DNA from: Gemmatimonadota bacterium
GTDB lineage: Bacteria > JBHIER01 > G020348925
DNA length: 64,000 nucleotides
Direction: 5' to 3'
Assembly (NCBI GenBank): GCA_020348925.1
Contig: CP070758.1
Location: 3,673,688-3,737,687, forward strand
Shown: in pieces, positions 1-9,710 of the stretch
Position numbering within the stretch: position 1 is the first letter of the stretch
Layout: each line of letters begins with the position of its first letter
The notes under the pieces: generated by a model
Databases searched by the model: none
Told to the model about the DNA's origin: nothing
Seen by the model: only the letters and a program-made list of their open reading frames with translations
Translations under genes and position numbers: made by a program

Positions 1-851
1 CTGGCTTTCCCCCAGGAGAGGGTGGCGGACTTCGGGGCGATGCGGCTCAGGAGTGGCGAGAATCCCGCCGCTGCCTGGGCGAAGAAGTCTGGCACATGAA
101 GCGTGACGGCCCTGACTGACAGCACCTCGGCGATGGCGTCCAGCACCTCGGCCCGGGAGTAAGGTTTTTCGTCTCCGATGTAATAGGTCTGTCCTGCGGC
201 TCTTTGACTTTCCGCGGCCATAATGAACCCTCGGACGAGATCCTCCACGAAACAGAGGGTGATGTATTTCTTGCGGCCCAGACCCAAAAGCGGCTTGATC
301 CCTTTTTTCACTATTTGAAAATAGCTCAGTACCATGGTATCCCTGGGACCGTAGACGGCAGGCGGGCGGATGAGGGTCACGGGAATTTTCTCTTTGTAGG
401 AGAGCACCTTTTCTTCGGCCTGGAGGTTGCTGCGCCCGTAATGGGTGATGGGTCGAGGCGGATCGGACTCGTCCACGCATTCTCCCTTGGTGCATGGTCC
501 GGCCGCCGATTGACTGCTGGCGTAAACGAATCTTTTCAGATTGGGGGCATGCTCGAGGCAGGTCTGAAGGAGAAGACCGGTTCCCTGAACATTGACCTCG
601 TAGAAGGTTTCCGCCTCTTTCGCCTCCACGACACCGGCGATATGGTAGACGTAGTCCATCCCGTTCGCGGCCCCGGCCAGAGAGGAGGGATCTCTGACCT
701 CACCGTACACGTATTCCACAGAGACATCCTTCAACCATCTGAGATTGCTTGTCTTCCGGATCAAACACCGGACCTGGTATCCCTTTCTCACCAGGGCTTC
801 GACCAGATGGCTGCCGATGAAGCCATTTCCTCCTGTAATGAGAACACGCAT
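1..851 (-). CDS. NAD-dependent epimerase/dehydratase (extended SDR), candidate ceramide reductase; 3' end runs off the window
   Basis: Absent from the ORF track; manual minus-strand translation from ATG at 851 gives MRVLITGGNGFIGSHLVEAL (TGxxGxxG), FVYASSQSAAG and THYGRSNLQAE; divergent from spt. Confidence 0.88.
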   Translation of the reverse strand, partial: MRVLITGGNGFIGSHLVEALVRKGYQVRCLIRKTSNLRWLKDVSVEYVYGEVRDPSSLAGAANGMDYVYHIAGVVEAKEAETFYEVNVQGTGLLLQTCLEHAPNLKRFVYASSQSAAGPCTKGECVDESDPPRPITHYGRSNLQAEEKVLSYKEKIPVTLIRPPAVYGPRDTMVLSYFQIVKKGIKPLLGLGRKKYITLCFVEDLVRGFIMAAESQRAAGQTYYIGDEKPYSRAEVLDAIAEVLSVRAVTLHVPDFFAQAAAGFSPLLSRIAPKSATLSWGKA

Positions 852-1063
852 ATTAAATTTTCGTTTTAAAAAACTTCTCTTGATTCTGATGAAGGTGATA
901 CGTATATTAAATCCTTGTTTTAAGATACGCCCTTTTGCAAGTCCGTCGTCACGCATAGACTTCGGCCTCTTCGGACCCGGGCGTGTTTCAGGTAAAGTAT
1001 ACCACTTTCCCCCACGGGGCGCAAGTTAAAAATTGGCATGAATTTGGTGTAAGGAGTCTCATT

Positions 1064-2248
1064 ATGGATCTCTTCGCTCGATGTCGCAACTTCACGCGTG
1101 CCAAAGAGGCCATGGAAGCCGGCATATATCCCTACTTCAAACCCATCCAGTCCGGGGCCGGGTCCGAGGTGATCATTGACGGCCGGAAAATGATTATGAT
1201 CGGCTCCAACAATTACCTCGGCCTGACCAATCATCCCAAGGTGAAGGAGGCGGCGGTCAATGCCATCGAGCGCTATGGTACCGGATGTACCGGTTCACGT
1301 TTTCTCAACGGCACCCTGGATATTCACGAGGAGTTGGAGGAGCGGCTGGCTGCCTTCGTTGGGATGGAATCATCGCTCGTCTTCAGCACGGGTTTTCAGA
1401 CGAACCTCGGGACCATAGCGACCATCGTAGGCAAAGACGATCTCATGTTCACCGACCGCTCCGATCACGCTTCCATCGTCGACGGCTGCCGCATGGCCTT
1501 CGGAAAGACTCTCAAGTATAAGCATAATGATATGGAAGATCTGGAACGCGTATTGGAGGCTCACAAGGATAAAGACGTGGGTAAAATCGTCGTGACCGAT
1601 GGAGTGTTCAGCATGGAAGGTGATATCGTCAATCTGCCGGAATTGGTTACCCTGGCGAAAAAATACGAGACGAAGGTATACGTCGACGACGCCCACTCCA
1701 TTGGGGTTCTGGGCGATCACGGACGGGGTACCGCAAATCACTTCGGCATCGGGGACAAGATAGACCTGGTTATGGGTACCTTCAGCAAGTCCTTCGCCTC
1801 ATTGGGTGGTTTCATCGCCGGAGACGAGATCGTCATCCAATACATCAAGCATCACTCCCGGGCTTTCATCTTCAGCGCCAGCATGCCGCCCTCCGCCGTG
1901 GCCACGGTTCTGGCCTGCCTCGAGATTATGGAGAGCGACACCGAGCGCCTGGAACAACTGTGGCACAATACCCGGAAGATGAAGGAGGGATTTGACAGTA
2001 TGGGCTTCAACACCATTCAGAGCCAGACGCCCATTATCCCGATTTTGATCGGTGAGGACGAGGACTGCTTCTATTTCTGGAAACAACTCTTTGAAAACGG
2101 CATCTTCGCCAATACGGCCATCAGTCCGGCGGTTCCGCCTCACGAGGCTCTCATTCGCACCAGTTACATGGCCACGCATACCGAGGATCAACTGGATAAG
2201 GTTTTGAAAGTTTTTCATAAAGTAGGTAAAAACATAGGGATAATATAG
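1064..2248 (+). CDS. spt: Serine palmitoyltransferase-like PLP alpha-oxoamine synthase
   Basis: GSNNYLGL, GSRFLNGT, DGVFSMEGD, DDAHSIG and PLP-lysine motif GTFSKSFAS; AAGGAG RBS before ATG 1064; next to a GNAT gene. Confidence 0.8.
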   Translation: MDLFARCRNFTRAKEAMEAGIYPYFKPIQSGAGSEVIIDGRKMIMIGSNNYLGLTNHPKVKEAAVNAIERYGTGCTGSRFLNGTLDIHEELEERLAAFVGMESSLVFSTGFQTNLGTIATIVGKDDLMFTDRSDHASIVDGCRMAFGKTLKYKHNDMEDLERVLEAHKDKDVGKIVVTDGVFSMEGDIVNLPELVTLAKKYETKVYVDDAHSIGVLGDHGRGTANHFGIGDKIDLVMGTFSKSFASLGGFIAGDEIVIQYIKHHSRAFIFSASMPPSAVATVLACLEIMESDTERLEQLWHNTRKMKEGFDSMGFNTIQSQTPIIPILIGEDEDCFYFWKQLFENGIFANTAISPAVPPHEALIRTSYMATHTEDQLDKVLKVFHKVGKNIGII

Positions 2249-2291
2249 AGGGAACTTCGATCCAATAGATTCACAAGACCCACATCAAACC

Positions 2292-3416
2292 ATGCCGGTG
2301 AACAACCTCACAGTCGAACCTGTCAGAGATAAAAAGGGGCTTCGGCAATTTATTACCTTTCCGTGGGAAGTATATCGTCATGATCCCCTTTGGGTTCCCC
2401 CTCTCATCTCGGAACAGAAGGGCCTTTTCAATCGTAAGAAAAATCCGTTCTTCCGACATGCGCACGTCGAATTCTTCCTGGCCAGAAAAAACGGAAAAGT
2501 TGTCGGCCGGATCGCTTCGATCATCAATCAAAACCATATTTCGTTCCACAATGACAAGACAGGTTTTTTCGGCTTTTTCGAGTGCCACAAAAACATTGAG
2601 GCGGCCCATGCTCTCCTTTCGACTGCCTGCAGTTGGTTACGGGAACGCGGAATGGATACGATGCGGGGGCCGATGAACTTTTCCACAAATGATGAGTGTG
2701 CACTCCTCATCGATGGCTTCGATTCCAGTCCGGTCATTATGATGCCGTACAATCCCAGGTACTACCTGGATTTCATGGACGGGTTCGGGCTGAAAAAAGG
2801 CCGGGATCTCTATGCTTATTCCCTGACAGCAGATCGAGTGCCGCCGGAGGATCTCCGGGTAAAGCTTGAAAAGATCAGGAAAAGAGCCGGTATCATCATC
2901 CGTAAGCTGAACATGAAGGATTATGAGGGGGAGATTCGACGCGTCAAGGAGGTCTATAATGCGGCCTGGAGCAGCAACTGGGGATTTGTCCCCATGACAG
3001 ACGAGGAGATAAATCACCTTGCTTCTCATCTGAAGAAGATAATCGATCCTGACCTTGTTTTCTTTGCGGAAGTCAGGGGGAAACCCATCGGCTTTTCCGT
3101 GGCTCTTCCCGATCTCAATCAGGCTCTAAAAAGGATAAACGGGAGGCTGTTCCCCTTCGGTCTGCTGAAACTCCTGTGGCATTCCAGGAAAATCGATGGT
3201 GTCCGCGTGCCCATAATGGGCGTCATCCATGAGTATCATAACAGGGGCATCGCCGCCATGTTCGGTGTTGAAAGCTTCATGGTCGGGACAAAAAAGGGAT
3301 ACGTCCGCGGGGAGTTATCCTGGATTCTGGAGGATAATATCCCTGTCCAACGGAACCTGGAGCGATTGGGGGCAAAAGTATATAAAACCTACCGGATCTA
3401 TGAGATGTCCATTTGA
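2292..3416 (+). CDS. GNAT-family acyltransferase, bacterial ceramide synthase-like
   Basis: DPLWVPPL, VGRIA, GFFGFFEC, MPYNPRYY, WGFVPM, ELSWILEDN, YKTYRIYE motifs; directly downstream of spt. Confidence 0.78.
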   Translation: MPVNNLTVEPVRDKKGLRQFITFPWEVYRHDPLWVPPLISEQKGLFNRKKNPFFRHAHVEFFLARKNGKVVGRIASIINQNHISFHNDKTGFFGFFECHKNIEAAHALLSTACSWLRERGMDTMRGPMNFSTNDECALLIDGFDSSPVIMMPYNPRYYLDFMDGFGLKKGRDLYAYSLTADRVPPEDLRVKLEKIRKRAGIIIRKLNMKDYEGEIRRVKEVYNAAWSSNWGFVPMTDEEINHLASHLKKIIDPDLVFFAEVRGKPIGFSVALPDLNQALKRINGRLFPFGLLKLLWHSRKIDGVRVPIMGVIHEYHNRGIAAMFGVESFMVGTKKGYVRGELSWILEDNIPVQRNLERLGAKVYKTYRIYEMSI

Positions 3417-3432
3417 ATGAAGGAGTGAATCG

Positions 3433-4452
3433 GTGGAAAGACTCCTTACACGACGTTCGATTCAACACGGCCTGAAGCTCTTTGTTCTCATCAGCCTGGC
3501 CAGTATTCTCCTCCTGGTTTTTCTGACCGGTGGCCAGGAGAGCTGGCTCAGCCTCCGCCATCTGCAGCCCCAATATATCCTCTTAGCCGTTCTTCTTATG
3601 GTATTGAGCTGGGGCTTCAACAGCCTCAAGGTGAAGATTCTGGGATGGGGCATCGACACGGCCATCTCCTACTGGAGCGTTTTCAAGGCCAACCTCGGCA
3701 ATCTTTTCCTGGGCGCCGTCACACCCTTCGGCATGGGTGGGGTTCCCATGCAGGTCTATATTCTCTACCGGGGTGGTGTTGGGTTTGAAGAAGCCTTGGT
3801 CGCAAGCTATGTAGTGAATTACCTGACCCAGGTTATCCTTTTCCTGACGTGCCTGGTGGTCTTGATTTTCCATCAGGGACTTATCTCCTATCTCGGGCTG
3901 AAGATCCTCTTCAGCTTTGTCACCTTCATCTATCTCGCCGTTTTTATCTTCGGGTTGATCGCCATTGTCAAGCCCAGGGAGACGAAGCGGTTTCTGGGTA
4001 AATTCGGACTCATGCTGGAAAAACGGCTCCAGTGGAAGATCTTTCAAACCCGGGCCTGGTTGAAGGCCGCCCTGCGTGGCTTGGATCGTGTTCTCTACTG
4101 TATCGGTATTTATTTTCGACAGGCCAAGGGCAAGCTCATACTGGCCATCCTTATGGGTGCCATTTCCCTCGCTTTCCACCTGTCGACAGCCAGTGCTATT
4201 TTAGCCGGGCTCGGTATCAAGCACAACTTTGCCGATGTGCTCATGATCCAGGTTATCCTTCAGTTTATTCTCTACTTCAGCCCCACCTTCGGCGGCAGCG
4301 GCGTGGCCGAGTTCGGGGCGGCCTCGCTCATGGCGATCTTCATGCCCACAGCCGTGCTGGGTGTCTACGTTCTGCTGTGGCGTTTCTTCTCCTACTTCCT
4401 CGCCGTCGGCCTGGGCGGCGTCGTCGTCCTGGGCACCATTGCCCAGAAATGA
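3433..4452 (+). CDS. Flippase-like (UPF0104 / lysylphosphatidylglycerol synthase TM) membrane protein
   Basis: Multiple TM helices; TPFGMGG, PTFGGSGVAE, LLWRFFSYF motifs; AAGGAG RBS. Confidence 0.82.
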   Translation: MERLLTRRSIQHGLKLFVLISLASILLLVFLTGGQESWLSLRHLQPQYILLAVLLMVLSWGFNSLKVKILGWGIDTAISYWSVFKANLGNLFLGAVTPFGMGGVPMQVYILYRGGVGFEEALVASYVVNYLTQVILFLTCLVVLIFHQGLISYLGLKILFSFVTFIYLAVFIFGLIAIVKPRETKRFLGKFGLMLEKRLQWKIFQTRAWLKAALRGLDRVLYCIGIYFRQAKGKLILAILMGAISLAFHLSTASAILAGLGIKHNFADVLMIQVILQFILYFSPTFGGSGVAEFGAASLMAIFMPTAVLGVYVLLWRFFSYFLAVGLGGVVVLGTIAQK

Positions 4453-4633
4453 GTGTCGATTCTGACAGAGACATCGCAGTCTCAACCTTCGCACTATGAA
4501 ACAATTTTTTATTGCGCCTGTTTTTACCCTGGAAGCGTGTCTTTTGGAGTGCGATAATTATTGTGATATGTGAAACGTTTTGAGGTGACTTTGCGGTGTG
4601 TCGAAGCGATCGATCGTTTCAGTCCGATGGTGA

Positions 4634-4664
4634 GACTTCCGAAGTCTGAAAAACTTCGGAAGTC
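4634..4664. repeat. REP-like perfect palindrome
   Basis: GACTTCCGAAGT-N7-ACTTCGGAAGTC, 12-bp arms, intergenic. Confidence 0.7.
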
Positions 4665-4720
4665 CTGCAGGGTCACGGAAATCCTCCATCTCTCAACCCA
4701 ATAAAAAAACCAAAATGTTC

Positions 4721-4749
4721 TTGACATGCCGCAGAAATGGGGCTATTAT
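4721..4749 (+). promoter_or_regulatory. Sigma70-type promoter
   Basis: TTGACA-N17-TATTAT upstream of the Cys-rich protein. Confidence 0.75.
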
Positions 4750-4931
4750 TGGAATGGTCATAGTTTGTCCGAAATCAACCTTGCGTGATGTGAACGAGCT
4801 CCGAAAAGGGGTTATCCGCAAAAAACGCTGAAAAGGCAACCTGGGACCACCATTCTGAAATCATGAAAACAAAATAATACTGTCTCTTTTTAGTATTGCT
4901 TACTGCCAACCAAAACGTAAGGAGAACAGAG

Positions 4932-7271
4932 ATGGAAAAGAGTACTTCTTATTGTTGTCATACGGTGATGCTTGTTATTATTGCGGTGTGTGGTCTTGTG
5001 ATGCTGGTGACTCCCTTGAAGGTTCTCGGACAGGCGTATGAGGATGCCTGCGAGTGCTGGGACAGTGAAGGCTGCGCTTGCAGCGAAGATTACGACCCGT
5101 CCGGCGATTACACCTTCGACGAATTGTACGCGTGTGAGAGTGTCCCGCAGTGTAGCCTCATTGTATGTAACCAGGCTTACGTCTGCAGTCTGTTCAATGA
5201 AGGTGTGACCTATGAGGAACTCGTGACATGTGTAGAGGAGTTTGTCGATCTGTCTCAGTCCGGTCTGCCTGCAGGATTCTTTTTAGCATTTGCTTTACAA
5301 CAATGCAACTTCTCTATTGAAGAGATACTGGCAGCTGGCTTACCGCCGTGCTACCTGATGCTAAACATTTCCATCGGCGGTGTCACCATTTCCTGTGAGG
5401 TGCTCGATTACGTGACCTTAGAGGGGGTCATCCCATGTTTTACCCAGTTGATTGAGGATATGATATCTTCTGGAATAGGTTTGTTTTCTCCAGAATTAGC
5501 ACCATTCTTCAGTGCTATTATCAATTGCTCTATAGTTGAGCAATGCGATATACCTCCGGATGAGCTCGGTGTAACGGCGTGTGATCTCATGATATGTGAG
5601 ATTCTTAATTTTTTCTTGCAGGGAGGCCCAGGTAGCGGTGATCTCTGCGATCTGATCTATGACGCGACCTTTGACGATCTCGTCGCGTGTAGTGAAGAGT
5701 TGGAAGCTCTGATCGATCTACTCACTCAATTAGGTCAAGGAGGATCAGGATCTGGCGTGGAAATGGACCCGCTGTTTATGGTCCTGTCCATGCTGATGGG
5801 GTGCTCCGATGTTCCCCTGAATGATCTATTGGACTTTGGAATGCCGCCGTGCCTTCTCACGTTCATGCAAACCGCCACTAGCTGTTCTCTGTACGATAAG
5901 GGTGTCACCCCTGACGATTACACAGCGTGTGCCGAAGAGGTCATTCCGCTGTTTGGAGACCAGCTCGGAGGTCTCATCGGAGAAGAGCAGTTGTTGCTCA
6001 TATCGTATTCATATTCGTGCCAATTGCTCCAGGATGAGTGTGTAACTTTGGATTCGTTGCTCACAGAGGGTGTGCCACCGTGCTTTCTCCTTTTTTGTGG
6101 TGTATCCGCCTGTAGCACGTACAAAGCGGGTGCAAGCACACAGGAAATTCTCACATGCTTCGATGATGTTTTTACTGAGGAACTTCTCGCTCTGCTGGGA
6201 AGTATCTTTGGAGGTTTTGAATTAGATATAGAAACTTTGCGTGCATTCATGAGTTGCGATCTCTATCAGCAATGCGATATCCCTCTCGAAGAGATGCTGG
6301 GAAGTGTATCGGCGTGCAGTCTTTTAAAGTGCGTTGAACCTGTCCCTGTCTGCAGTCTGATCAAATCGGGTGTGGACCTCGGAGAGCTTATGTCTTGCGA
6401 AGTCCATGCCTGTAGTATTTATAAATGTGATCCGACAACGCTGTGCGATCTGATTTCAGACGATGTACCCGTCGGGGATCTCCTTGAGTGTGGGGCGCCT
6501 GCCTGCAGCATATATAAGTGTGATTCAAGTAAGCTGTGTGCCCTGCTTACTGAGAACGCAGGTGTCGGGGATCTCCTTGAGTGTGGGGCACCTGCCTGTA
6601 GTATATACAAGTGTGATTCGGGTAAGTTGTGCGATTTGGTCTCCGAAAACGTACCCGTTTCCGAGCTTTTAAAGTGTCCAATACCTCCGGATCCGTGCGA
6701 CATATACGACTGCGATCCGACGAAGCTGTGCGATCTGGTTGATGAAGATGTAGCCGTAGGGGATCTCCTGAATTGCAGTGCCAGTGCCTGTGACATCTAT
6801 ACCTGTGATGGGACGACCCTTCCCGATCTCATCACACAGGGGCAAGCGTGCGATCTCTATTCTCCCCCGTGCGAAGTACCCTTGTGCGACCTGATCGACG
6901 AGGGGGCACAACCGGCGGCGCTTCTCGCCTGCTTGGATAGCCCATGCGAGCTGTGTGATTGCGACGTTGCCGATGTCTGTCCACATCTCACGCCTGGTGA
7001 TGACTGCGATGGTGATTTCGGCCTCAACGGCGACGAATGCAACGGGGGGACAGATCCCTGTGTCTTCGATGACAGGGACGACGACACTGTCTCGGTTTTC
7101 TTCGACAACTGTCCTGACGATCCCAATCATGGTCAGGAGGACGGGGATGTGGACGGGGTGGGTGACGTCTGTGACAACTGTCCGGCGGTATACAATCCCG
7201 GCCAGGAGGATTTCAATGACGACGGTATTGGCAACCACTGCCAGGACTCCGACGACGACGGCGTACTGGAC
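4932..7271 (+). CDS. Secreted cysteine-rich repeat protein with thrombospondin type-3 repeats; truncated by gap
   Basis: AAGGAG RBS, hydrophobic signal segment, 31-aa repeats (CDxxxLCDLxxxxVxVGDLLECGAPACSIYK), C-terminal DNCPxxxNPGQEDxxxDGxG repeats. Confidence 0.85.
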
Positions 7272-7371
7272 NNNNNNNNNNNNNNNNNNNNNNNNNNNNN
7301 NNNNNNNNNNNNNNNNNNNNNNNNNNNNNNNNNNNNNNNNNNNNNNNNNNNNNNNNNNNNNNNNNNNNNNN
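7272..7371. other. 100-N assembly spacer
   Basis: Run of exactly 100 N; ORFs on both sides truncated. Confidence 0.99.
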
Positions 7372-7797
7372 AATGACTCTTCCCAATATCGTTCGGAGTG
7401 ATTCGAGATCCACAATGGCCTGATCGCGCTCACCCAAAGTTTTGAAAACCGCTGCATCGACCTCATCCCATTTCTTCTGAAATTCATCAAAAGAAGCCAT
7501 ATTCGGATATGCTTCCATAATCATGACATCCCAATCGTCAGGATTCGCCGGCCATTTTTTCATGATCTTGTAATCGAGGAGAAAGCCTTTCTCTATGGCC
7601 ACATCCAATTCTTTCCGAAATCTTCCATTCAAATTCTCCATATACCTGTCAAACATACCCGGCTTTGTCCTTACAAAGATTATGAGCCATACCGTGCCTT
7701 CCTCGTAAACACGATCATCTCCAATTACTGACATTGGCAATTGAGCAAACAACAGTAGAAGTAAAAATGAAACTATGAAAAGGTATTTTTTACTCAT
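7372..7797 (-). CDS. Secreted hypothetical protein; truncated by gap
   Basis: AGGAG RBS, signal peptide, YEEGTVWLIIFVRTKPGMFDRYM. Confidence 0.75.
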
Positions 7798-7910
7798 TGT
7801 TTTCTCTCCTTATTCTTGTTCTTGAATTTCGTCTCATCAAAACACCCGGAATCTGGCTCATTTCCCCGGCCTAAGCTAAGGGGAACCATCAGAACTTTTT
7901 CCTTCCAATA

Positions 7911-9635
7911 TTATTCTTCTCTAATGATCTCCCCGTTGTGGATGACCAGTCGAACATCTAATAGAGATTCCAAGTTGTCGAGAGGGTTGCCATTTACTAC
8001 AAGTATATCGGCAATCTTGCACGGTTCAATGGTTCCCAATTTATCTTCGAGACCACATACATGAGCGGCGTGCTTCGTCCCGGCAACTATGATCTGCATG
8101 GGCGTCATCTCCGCCTCAACCATCAACCGAATTTCTGTAATGGGCATGCCTAAATCAAACGGAGTCACGTATCCACTATAATCCGTGCCCAAGGCGACTT
8201 TCCCTCCCGCCTGAACAAAACGCTGAAGATTATCTCTTGCCGCTGCACTCCAATTCAGGTTATGTAACTCGTCCGAACCGTTCCAGAGCTCAAGCGTCGG
8301 CACCCAGTACATATCCTCCTCGATCATGGACGCAATACGCCCATCGGACACATAATTGATGACCATATGATTCACATCGTCCACTCCGCCTTGAATGGCC
8401 ATATCAAGCTGGTAATGTCGGCTGATATGGGCAGTGACCAGTCTCCCCCTGTTATGTGCGGTATCCACAATCCTCGTGATTTCCTCCATGGAGAGCAGGG
8501 GCCACGTCCGACCCTGGAGATTATCCTCAATGGCAATCTTGATGATATCGGCTCCGACATCTATGAGCCAGTGAATGACTTCCTCCGCATCATCCGGTGA
8601 CGTCACCGGATAGTTTCCGTAGCCGCCCACCGTCGTTACAACCGGTCCTGCAGCCACGAGTCGCGCATTTCTATTGTCAGTGAGAAGAGCATCCCGTATG
8701 GAAAAAGTCTCTTCTGGAGAACTTATGACGCCTCCGAGATCGCGCACTGTCGTAACTCCGGATCTCGCCCACTCCTGCAAGTTATCTTCGTTATATGCAT
8801 TGTGCACATGGGTATTCATAAATCCCGGTAATATATACGCTCCCTGGACGTCAATTATTTCTGACCCTGTGGGAATCTCCACACTCGACCCCGTTCCCAC
8901 GGCTTTGATATACTCACCCTCAATGAGAATAACTGCATCCGGTATTGGCTCCGCACCTGTGCCGTCTATTAATAATCCATTCGTTATGGCCATACAGGCA
9001 TCACCCTCTTCACATGGATCGAAGGTACTGATGTGCTCACATTCACCAGTCAAAGGATTACAAGAGTCATCCGTACACGCGTCGCCGTCACCGCAGTCCA
9101 TCGGAGTGTGGCTGCACTCACCGGTATTCGAATCACAGAAATCATCCGTGCACAGATCACCCTCGTCGCAGTCTTTCGGCATCCCTTGACAGATTCCATC
9201 AGCACACGCATCGTTTTCCGTACAAGGGTCGCCATCATCGCATGGTGTTCCAGGATCAAGTAGGTCATGTCGACACTGAACGAGTAACGAATCGCAGTAA
9301 TCCTCAGTACAGGGATTTCCATCGTCGCAGTCCACTTCATCACAGGAGGAAACGCACGTTCCCATCCCCAGAATGAGGTTGACGATACCCAGAGCATCGA
9401 GAACATCGGCTTCTCCGTTACCATCGCAATCGGCCGCCCAGAGATCCTCTTCACTCGGCGGTGGTGACGTTCCCAGAACAATATTTACTGTCCGAAGAGC
9501 GTCCAGAATATTAACCTCTCCATCATCATTGACATCCCCCCTCTCTCTCTGTCCACTCATAATTTGGGAAGAGACGGAGACGACAAAGCCAATGAGGAGT
9601 ACGACGATGCCTGCACGGAAAACTCGCTTTTTCAC
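7911..9635 (-). CDS. Secreted amidohydrolase with N-terminal dockerin and CDDGNPCT-type repeats
   Basis: Signal peptide; GDVNDDGEVNILD...AADCDGNGEADVLD; four CDDGxxCTxDxC repeats; PGFMNTHVH, GVTTVRDLG, ALGTD, ADILVVNGNPL. Confidence 0.9.
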   Translation of the reverse strand: MKKRVFRAGIVVLLIGFVVSVSSQIMSGQRERGDVNDDGEVNILDALRTVNIVLGTSPPPSEEDLWAADCDGNGEADVLDALGIVNLILGMGTCVSSCDEVDCDDGNPCTEDYCDSLLVQCRHDLLDPGTPCDDGDPCTENDACADGICQGMPKDCDEGDLCTDDFCDSNTGECSHTPMDCGDGDACTDDSCNPLTGECEHISTFDPCEEGDACMAITNGLLIDGTGAEPIPDAVILIEGEYIKAVGTGSSVEIPTGSEIIDVQGAYILPGFMNTHVHNAYNEDNLQEWARSGVTTVRDLGGVISSPEETFSIRDALLTDNRNARLVAAGPVVTTVGGYGNYPVTSPDDAEEVIHWLIDVGADIIKIAIEDNLQGRTWPLLSMEEITRIVDTAHNRGRLVTAHISRHYQLDMAIQGGVDDVNHMVINYVSDGRIASMIEEDMYWVPTLELWNGSDELHNLNWSAAARDNLQRFVQAGGKVALGTDYSGYVTPFDLGMPITEIRLMVEAEMTPMQIIVAGTKHAAHVCGLEDKLGTIEPCKIADILVVNGNPLDNLESLLDVRLVIHNGEIIREE

Positions 9636-9710
9636 GACACCTCCTCGATCAGAACTTTTATACTTTGCTTTCGAGAAACCTCCTCAGGTTTCTTCCTTAA
9701 ATATCGAAGT

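Noticed and set aside
204-869. 221-aa plus-strand ORF
   Set aside because: Antisense shadow of the minus-strand SDR gene, which has clear motifs
1064-2248. BioF or Kbl annotation
   Set aside because: GTFSKS motif, GNAT neighbour and absence of bio/tdh genes favour SPT; not excluded without phylogeny
6669-7797. ORFs reading through the N spacer (likewise at 28901, 37769 and 62587)
   Set aside because: Chimeras of separate contigs; apparent fusions such as LuxR with the Fe-S region are artefacts
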